Assembly: GCA_000990355.1 (NCBI GenBank)
Contig: LBSX01000004.1
Location: forward strand, 1,757 to 65,756
Origin: Candidatus Magasanikbacteria bacterium GW2011_GWC2_37_14
Lineage (GTDB): Bacteria > Patescibacteriota > Patescibacteriia > Magasanikbacterales > UBA922
Reading direction: 5' to 3'
Length of the DNA: 64,000 nt
The notes beneath the pieces were generated by a model that was not told the DNA's origin, ran no database searches, and was given only the letters and a program-made list of their open reading frames with translations. Of the stretch, positions 58,028-64,000 are shown piece after piece. Both the position numbers and the translations under genes were made by a program. Position 1 is the first letter of the stretch. Each line of letters starts with the position of its first letter.

Positions 58028-61000
58028 ATGCCAGAAAGGAGAAAGAAAATTTGGGGCTGGGGCTTTTTATTTGGTTTGGTATTTATTTTGATTCTCTTTA
58101 TTTATTTGTCCGAGGATTCTTATACCTACGACACCAAGGTAGCTCACCCGGGAATTGTGGATGCAGCCGTAAAACTTTATAATGAAAAAAATCCTGATAA
58201 AAAAATTACTGTTCAACAAACAATTTGGTTGCGTGAAGGCGCAATGGACGAAGATACTCCCACTCGTTGGCTTAATCATTTTTATGATCCCGTGTATAAC
58301 CGCGGGATTTGGTTTACAGATCAACAATTGTCGGCCAAGGCCTGGTATGATAGTTCTTTTACGCAAAAAATGTTTGCTTTGGGTGATTTTAGTTGGAGCA
58401 GAGCTTTGAATGATTATGTAAATAATGATCAAAAAATGGCTTTTATTGGTTTGGGGCATACTTTGCATTTATTGGCCGATATGACTGTGCCAGCTCATAC
58501 TCGCGATGATATTCATGTTATTCCTGGTGATTCTTATGAACAGTATTTAAAAAGCAATTGGAAAAATATTCCTAAAGGGGAATATGTAGAAATTACTGAT
58601 TTGGATAGTGCGTTTGATGAATTAGCTGGTTTTACTAATAATAATTTTTATAGTGATGATACAATTGTTAATGAAAAATATATTTTTCCTAAATTTGACG
58701 TCAAAGAAAAAGTTGGTGATTATTTGATTAAAAATTTAGGAGGTAAAAAATATAAACTTCTTTATAAAAAACAAACTGCTTTTGAAGGGATAGAAGATAT
58801 ATACGTTTTTAAATTTAATGATTTAGTCCGTTATGACTACTCCCAACTCCTCCTCCCCAAAGCCATTGGCTATAGTGTCGGAGCAATAAAATTATTTTTT
58901 GATGAAGCAGAAAAATATCAAGGAGAAATTACTGAAAGTAGAATTAATTCTTTAGGTTATACAGATTATTTACTTGGCAAAGGCATTAGTTTTTTGGGTG
59001 AATTAAAAGATTATTTTAAAACGAAAACCGGTGATAATACTGTGATTACTGAAACGCCTCCAGAAATTAAAACTACCACAGAAAACACTCCTAAAACCGA
59101 AACCAAACCGGCTGTGCCAGTAGTCGTGGCACCAATAGTAAAACCCATTGTTACCTTGCCTGTAGAGCCCAAAAATGAGCCCCAAAGCCCAATAATCCCT
59201 GTTTTAGATATTCCAGCTCCGGAAACAGAAATACCCTTGCCAGAGCCTGTTTCTACTACTCCGCCAGTGGTCTATCCTGGCAATGGTGGACATGATGGTG
59301 GTAGTAGTGATAATATCTCTGGTAACACTTGTACAGACGCATTATTATGCGTCTCTACACCAACTTCTACCATTCCCGACCCGATTGTGCCAACTACAAC
59401 TCCAACCTCCACTATTCTTGATCCAATTGTTCCGACTTCCACTTGTACAGACGCAACATCTTGCGTCTCTACAACTACACCACCGATTGACCCACCTCCG
59501 ACTTCTACTCCAACTTCTACACCTCCAGACACAACGCCCCCAGAATTGCCAATTATAAATATTACGCAAACAAATTTTGTGACGCCAACTTTACAAATCA
59601 CTTGGGAAAGTGTTGGAGCAATTGCTTTTGCTTTGGAATACAGAGTGGGGGATTCGGAAAATTTAAGTGGCATAGAATATCTTAATTTAACTACTAGCAC
59701 CACCAGTACAGTTTGGGAATTTGTGGGCGAAAAATTAAAAGTTTATCAATTTCGTGTGCAAGCAGTAGACGAAGTTGGCAATGCGACCGACTGGGTAGAA
59801 AGCGATACTGTAATTCCGGATTGGCCAAAAACAATAATAATCAATGAAATTGCTTGGATGGGTACTGGCCCCACACCAGATCAAAAAAACGATGAATGGT
59901 TGGAACTTTATAATAATACGGAGGCAGAAATTGATTTGAGTACTTGGCAAATATTAATTAATAGTCAGCCCCTGACTTGGAATAAAATTAATACCAAAAT
60001 TTCCGCCGGTGGTTATTATTTATTGGAACGTACCGATGATAGTTCTGTAGTAAATATTCCAGCCGATGGTTTCTTTACCATTTCCGGTGGCCTTAATAAT
60101 AGCGGTGCAAATTTAAAATTAGTTAATAATGGCCAGACAATTGATGAAATAAATTGTGTTAGTGGTTGGTATGCGGGACTAATTGCCAATAATAAATATC
60201 GAAGCATGCAAAGAATTTTTGCTAATCAGCCAGGGTCTATGGTGAATAATTGGCAAACAGCGTTGGGTGCGGCGCCCAAAGCTAAAGTTTCTGGTGGAGA
60301 AGTAATCTATGGTTCACCAAAATTGTCAAACCAAGGTTATTGGCTTTTATATGGTGATTTGTCAAATTATTATAATCAAGCAATTACCAGTAATGTTTTG
60401 CATTTAACCAAAGATAATAGCCCATATTTTATTGGTTATCAAGTAACTATTCCTAGTACTTTAAAAGTAGAAATAGATCCTGGAGTAATCTTGGTGGGTT
60501 TTGATCGTTCATCTTTTATAGATGTAAGTGGGGAATTAAACTTACTTGGTACAGAAACAGAGCCAGTTATTATTACTTCTGCACTGGATAGTAATTATTT
60601 TAATCAGAATTATTTAGCTTTTACAAATTTAACTGCAGGTGAACCAGCGCCAGGGGATTGGAGTCGGATTCAAGTAAAACAAGCTGGGAAATTTACTGCC
60701 AATTATACAAACTTTTTTTATGGCGGAGCCAGGTTTTTAAAAAATAATGGCTGGGTGTATGGTGATTTTGTGGCCCAAGTAATTCGTAATTTGGGAGGAA
60801 CAGTGGAAATAAATAACACTACTTTTAATAATAATTATTTGGAAACTCGCTCAGCCGAATTGGGATCAAATGCAATTCTTTGGAATGAAGCGCCACCAGC
60901 AGGTACTGCCAATTTAAAAGTAGAAAATTCACGCTTTAATGGCGGGAATTTGGCAATCAAAAATACTAGTGAGGTAGAATCAATAATTAGTAATAATTAT

Positions 61001-61741
61001 TTTACTGAATTTCAAAGTGCCAATGGTCCAATTGATACTTCGTTTTTAAAAACTAGTTTAGAAAACAATGAATTAGTAAACAATTTACTTGATCGAGTAG
61101 AATTCGGCCAATTAATTTTAAATAGAGACGTGACTTTAACTGGTGACAACAATTATTCTTTTAGTACTATCAATGTACCAAGTGATTATACTTTAACCAT
61201 TGAACCAGGAGTTAATTTGTATTTAATTGGTGATTTTGTGGTAAATGGCAATTTGGAAGCACAGGGCACAAGTGAAGCACCAATAAATATTTTACCCAAA
61301 AATGAACATTGGGGAGTATTGTCTTTAAATAATGCTAATACAAATTTAGCTTACACAAATTTGGAATTAGGTAATCATTCAAGCGTTAGTTCGGTTTTTA
61401 CTCGGGGTATGATTACGGCAAATAATTCTAATTTAACACTAGAAAATGTAAATTTAAAAAATTCCGAACGTCCGGCCAACATGATTTATGCTAAAAATAG
61501 TGCTTTACAAATAGATAATAGTCGTTTAGAATGGATAGAGGAGTGGAACGATCCTGGAGACTGGATTATTGCTGGTATTATTGTAGACGGTGGGTCTTTG
61601 GCACTCACAAATAGTTATTTGGATAATATGGATTATGGTGTGGAATTTTTGGGTGGAGCGACTTTTGATCCTCTAAATTTGTTTACTAATACTTTTTCTA
61701 GAATTACACTTGGTAATTGGTGGCCTTTAATTCCTAATTAA
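58028..61741 (+). CDS. large secreted multidomain protein: zinc phospholipase C / S1-P1 nuclease-like N-domain, Pro/Thr-rich linker with Cys hairpin repeats, lamin-tail (LTD) domain, beta-helix repeats
   Basis: N-terminal TM. HFYDP and GHTLHLLADMTVPAHT Zn-site-like motifs. LTD signature IINEIAWMGTGPTPDQKNDEWLELYNNTEAEIDLSTWQI. C-terminal NNT/beta-helix repeats. Confidence 0.5.
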   Translation: MPERRKKIWGWGFLFGLVFILILFIYLSEDSYTYDTKVAHPGIVDAAVKLYNEKNPDKKITVQQTIWLREGAMDEDTPTRWLNHFYDPVYNRGIWFTDQQLSAKAWYDSSFTQKMFALGDFSWSRALNDYVNNDQKMAFIGLGHTLHLLADMTVPAHTRDDIHVIPGDSYEQYLKSNWKNIPKGEYVEITDLDSAFDELAGFTNNNFYSDDTIVNEKYIFPKFDVKEKVGDYLIKNLGGKKYKLLYKKQTAFEGIEDIYVFKFNDLVRYDYSQLLLPKAIGYSVGAIKLFFDEAEKYQGEITESRINSLGYTDYLLGKGISFLGELKDYFKTKTGDNTVITETPPEIKTTTENTPKTETKPAVPVVVAPIVKPIVTLPVEPKNEPQSPIIPVLDIPAPETEIPLPEPVSTTPPVVYPGNGGHDGGSSDNISGNTCTDALLCVSTPTSTIPDPIVPTTTPTSTILDPIVPTSTCTDATSCVSTTTPPIDPPPTSTPTSTPPDTTPPELPIINITQTNFVTPTLQITWESVGAIAFALEYRVGDSENLSGIEYLNLTTSTTSTVWEFVGEKLKVYQFRVQAVDEVGNATDWVESDTVIPDWPKTIIINEIAWMGTGPTPDQKNDEWLELYNNTEAEIDLSTWQILINSQPLTWNKINTKISAGGYYLLERTDDSSVVNIPADGFFTISGGLNNSGANLKLVNNGQTIDEINCVSGWYAGLIANNKYRSMQRIFANQPGSMVNNWQTALGAAPKAKVSGGEVIYGSPKLSNQGYWLLYGDLSNYYNQAITSNVLHLTKDNSPYFIGYQVTIPSTLKVEIDPGVILVGFDRSSFIDVSGELNLLGTETEPVIITSALDSNYFNQNYLAFTNLTAGEPAPGDWSRIQVKQAGKFTANYTNFFYGGARFLKNNGWVYGDFVAQVIRNLGGTVEINNTTFNNNYLETRSAELGSNAILWNEAPPAGTANLKVENSRFNGGNLAIKNTSEVESIISNNYFTEFQSANGPIDTSFLKTSLENNELVNNLLDRVEFGQLILNRDVTLTGDNNYSFSTINVPSDYTLTIEPGVNLYLIGDFVVNGNLEAQGTSEAPINILPKNEHWGVLSLNNANTNLAYTNLELGNHSSVSSVFTRGMITANNSNLTLENVNLKNSERPANMIYAKNSALQIDNSRLEWIEEWNDPGDWIIAGIIVDGGSLALTNSYLDNMDYGVEFLGGATFDPLNLFTNTFSRITLGNWWPLIPN

Positions 61742-61752
61742 AACTATTTATT

Positions 61753-62664
61753 ATGTCACATTATTTAGTCACTGGTGGAGCTGGATTTATTGGCTCCAAT
61801 TTAGTAAAAAAATTAATTGCTCAAGGCCATAAGGTGCGAGTTTTTGATAATTATTCGGGTGGGAAAAAACCTGAGCGCCTATTTCCCGAGGTAGAATATA
61901 TTGAAGGGGATATTAGAAATTTAGCAGATTTAAAAAAAGTAATGATTGGTATTGATGGCGTGTTCCATACGGCTGCCATTCCCCGCATGCCATATTCTGT
62001 AGAACAACCTTTGGAAACCAATGAGGTAAATGTAACTGGTACTTTGCAAGTGCTTTTGGCAGCCAGGGATGCAGGTGTAAAAAGAGTGGTCTATAGCGCC
62101 TCTTCTTCGGCTTATGGCGATCAACCCGCCTTACCATACCAAGAAACCATGAAAACCCGTCCTATGAGCCCCTATGGCCTGCAAAAGTACATCGGTGAGG
62201 AGTATTGCAGGCTGTTTTTTGAGCTCTACGGCCTACAAACTGTGTCCCTGCGGTATTTTAATGTTTATGGTCCTTTGATGGACCCAGAGGGCGCTTATGC
62301 CCTAGTAATTGGTAGATTTTTGAAGCAAAAAATGGCAGGTGAGCCAATGACTGTCTGTGGCGATGGCGAGTATTATCGTGATTATACTCATGTAACAGAC
62401 GTAGCCGAGGCTAATATTTTGGCTATGACAACAGAAGGAATTGGCAAGGGCGAAGTAATAAATATTGGTAATCATGATCCGCATTCAGTAAATGAATTAG
62501 TAAAATTAATTGGTGGAGATTTTGTAAATGTGCCAGCTCGGGCTGGAGATCCACGTAAAACTGATGCGGACAACACTTTAGCAAAAAATCTTTTAAATTG
62601 GCAGCCACAAATTGCCTTGGCCGAAGGGGTAGAAATGTTGAAAAAAGAGTGGAATATTGCTTAA
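61753..62664 (+). CDS. NAD-dependent epimerase/dehydratase (GalE/UDP-sugar 4-epimerase family)
   Basis: YLVTGGAGFIGSNLV, SSSSAYGD, catalytic YGLQKYIGE (YxxxK). Confidence 0.65.
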   Translation: MSHYLVTGGAGFIGSNLVKKLIAQGHKVRVFDNYSGGKKPERLFPEVEYIEGDIRNLADLKKVMIGIDGVFHTAAIPRMPYSVEQPLETNEVNVTGTLQVLLAARDAGVKRVVYSASSSAYGDQPALPYQETMKTRPMSPYGLQKYIGEEYCRLFFELYGLQTVSLRYFNVYGPLMDPEGAYALVIGRFLKQKMAGEPMTVCGDGEYYRDYTHVTDVAEANILAMTTEGIGKGEVINIGNHDPHSVNELVKLIGGDFVNVPARAGDPRKTDADNTLAKNLLNWQPQIALAEGVEMLKKEWNIA

Positions 62665-62703
62665 AACAAAAAATGACCGTCTAGTATTAGCTAGGCGGTT
62701 TTA

Positions 62704-62732
62704 TTGACTTTTTTCGCTTAATTATATATAAT
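62704..62732 (+). promoter_or_regulatory. sigma-70-like promoter upstream of infB (precedes a MITE in the 5' UTR)
   Basis: TTGACT (62704-62709), 17-nt spacer, TATAAT (62727-62732). Confidence 0.5.
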
Positions 62733-62749
62733 CAAAGCACTTTTGGGTC

Positions 62750-62843
62750 TGTCATCCTGAGCTTGTTTCAGGATCTATCCTAAAGTCATATTTGTTAAGT
62801 AAAATAATCTTAAGAAAGACCCTGAAACAAGTTCAGGGTGACA
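62750..62843. mobile_element. MITE-like element, family 1 (copy I, variant with CCTGAG/CCCTGAAAC arms)
   Basis: TGTCATCCTGAGCTTGTTTCAGGATC...AAGTAAAATAATCTTAAGAAAGACCCTGAAACAAGTTCAGGGTGACA. Shares the AATCTTAAGAAAGAYCCTGAAAC insert with copy E. Confidence 0.7.
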
Positions 62844-62848
62844 ATTTT

Positions 62849-64000
62849 ATGAACGTCTCAGAACTAGCTCGAACACTTAGAATAAATACTCACGAATTAC
62901 TGGAAATTTTACCCAAGTACGGTTTTGATGTTGGTTTGCGAGCCGTAAAGATTGATGACCGAGTGGCCGAGAAAATTACCCGTCAATGGAAATATATTAA
63001 AAAAGAATTAGAAGAAAAGAAAAAGAAAGAATTAGAAGAGAAAAAAATAAAAGAAAAAGAATTACGTAAAGAGAGTGGTCAAACAGTTATTTTGCCGCAT
63101 TTAATTACCGTTCGCGCTTTTGCCGAAAAATTAAATTTACCAGTTAGCCAAATTATTACCGAACTCATGAAAAATGGTATTTTGGCCAACCAAAACCAAA
63201 ATATTGACTATGAAACTGCCGCGATTATGGCCGAGGATTTGGGTTTTACTGTACAAAAAGAAATTGGTGAAAAAATTGACGTAGCTAAAGAAGAAGAAAT
63301 GAGTAAAGCTTTGGAAGAAGCTTTGAGTAAAGTAAAAAATCTAGAATCACGTCCACCGGTCGTGGTAGTTATGGGCCATGTAGACCATGGTAAAACCAAA
63401 TTACTAGATGCAATTCGCAGTGCCAATGTAATTGATACGGAAGCTGGTGGTATTACCCAGCATATTGGTGCTTATCAAACTGTTTGGAAAGATCCCAAGA
63501 CCAAAGAAGAGCGCGCGCTTACTTTTATTGATACTCCTGGCCACGAAGCTTTTACGGTAATGCGTAGTCGTGGTGCCAAAATTGCCGATATTGCCATTAT
63601 GGTTGTAGCCGCCGATGATAGTGTAAAACCACAAACCGAAGAAGTAATAAAAATTATTCAAGCTGCTAAATTACCACTTGTCGTGGCGATTAATAAAATA
63701 GATAAAGAAGGCGCTGATCCAACTCGCGTGCGCGCTGATTTGGCGCAACGTGGTATTCAATGTGAAGAATGGGGTGGTAATGTGCCAATGGTAGATATTT
63801 CTGCCAAACAAAATTTAAATATTGATAAACTTTTGGATGTTTTATTATTGGTCGCCGATATTAATGCCGAAAAAATTCAGGCTGACTCGGGCATCCCAGC
63901 TGTGGGTACAATTATTGAATCACATGTAGACAAAGGCATGGGTCCAGTGGCCACAGTATTAGTTCAGGCTGGTACACTGGTGGCCAATGATCCATTGGTA
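62849..64000 (+). CDS. infB: translation initiation factor IF-2 (3' truncated by window edge)
   Basis: Open frame from the ATG at 62849 to the window end. G-domain motifs [33 protein letters not shown]. Confidence 0.9.
   Translation, partial: MNVSELARTLRINTHELLEILPKYGFDVGLRAVKIDDRVAEKITRQWKYIKKELEEKKKKELEEKKIKEKELRKESGQTVILPHLITVRAFAEKLNLPVSQIITELMKNGILANQNQNIDYETAAIMAEDLGFTVQKEIGEKIDVAKEEEMSKALEEALSKVKNLESRPPVVVVMGHVDHGKTKLLDAIRSANVIDTEAGGITQHIGAYQTVWKDPKTKEERALTFIDTPGHEAFTVMRSRGAKIADIAIMVVAADDSVKPQTEEVIKIIQAAKLPLVVAINKIDKEGADPTRVRADLAQRGIQCEEWGGNVPMVDISAKQNLNIDKLLDVLLLVADINAEKIQADSGIPAVGTIIESHVDKGMGPVATVLVQAGTLVANDPLV

Noticed and set aside
13038-62843. I considered the dispersed palindromic repeats as a CRISPR array.
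   Set aside because: Copies are tens of kb apart, not in regular repeat-spacer arrangement, and there are no cas genes. They are MITE-like.

Overview
This is an AT-rich (~35% GC) window, densely coded with short spacers. That is consistent with a small-genome, Patescibacteria/CPR-like bacterium, but the taxonomy is my inference from composition and gene content, not something I measured.

Contents in order:
- the 3' end of an ECF sigma factor and a membrane protein;
- a MacA/MacB-type ABC efflux trio;
- recG;
- a GC-rich RNase P RNA (rnpB) with its own near-consensus promoter and intrinsic terminator;
- a minus-strand envelope block (SLT-domain protein, DsbA-like protein, PD40 beta-propeller), then ClpC;
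- a phosphohexomutase and a eukaryote-like protein-kinase-fold protein;
- a second ECF sigma with an anti-sigma-like membrane protein;
- a 1214-aa Thr/Ala-rich surface protein.

A glycan-biosynthesis locus of about 25 kb follows (27.7-51.9 kb). It holds an O-antigen-ligase-like protein with TPR repeats, six GT4 glycosyltransferases, a UDP-xylose synthase, two GT4-methyltransferase fusions, three further SAM methyltransferases, two B12-binding radical-SAM enzymes, a CotH/VTC/DUF4956 triad and a Wzx flippase.

Downstream are MTAP, apt, a SleB-like hydrolase, ugd, a compositionally alien GC-rich small ORF, a 1237-aa multidomain secreted protein, an epimerase and the start of infB.

The most unusual feature is a superfamily of MITE-like palindromic elements with TGTCAT...ATGACA termini, at 14 or more loci. 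They sit exactly at gene 5' ends, where they supply an ATG and an SD-like motif. They are also inserted in-frame inside recG, a GT4 gene and ugd, in the manner of Rickettsia palindromic elements. A second family of C-run/loop/G-run mini-hairpins is present as well. I found no CRISPR array, no cas genes and no tRNA.
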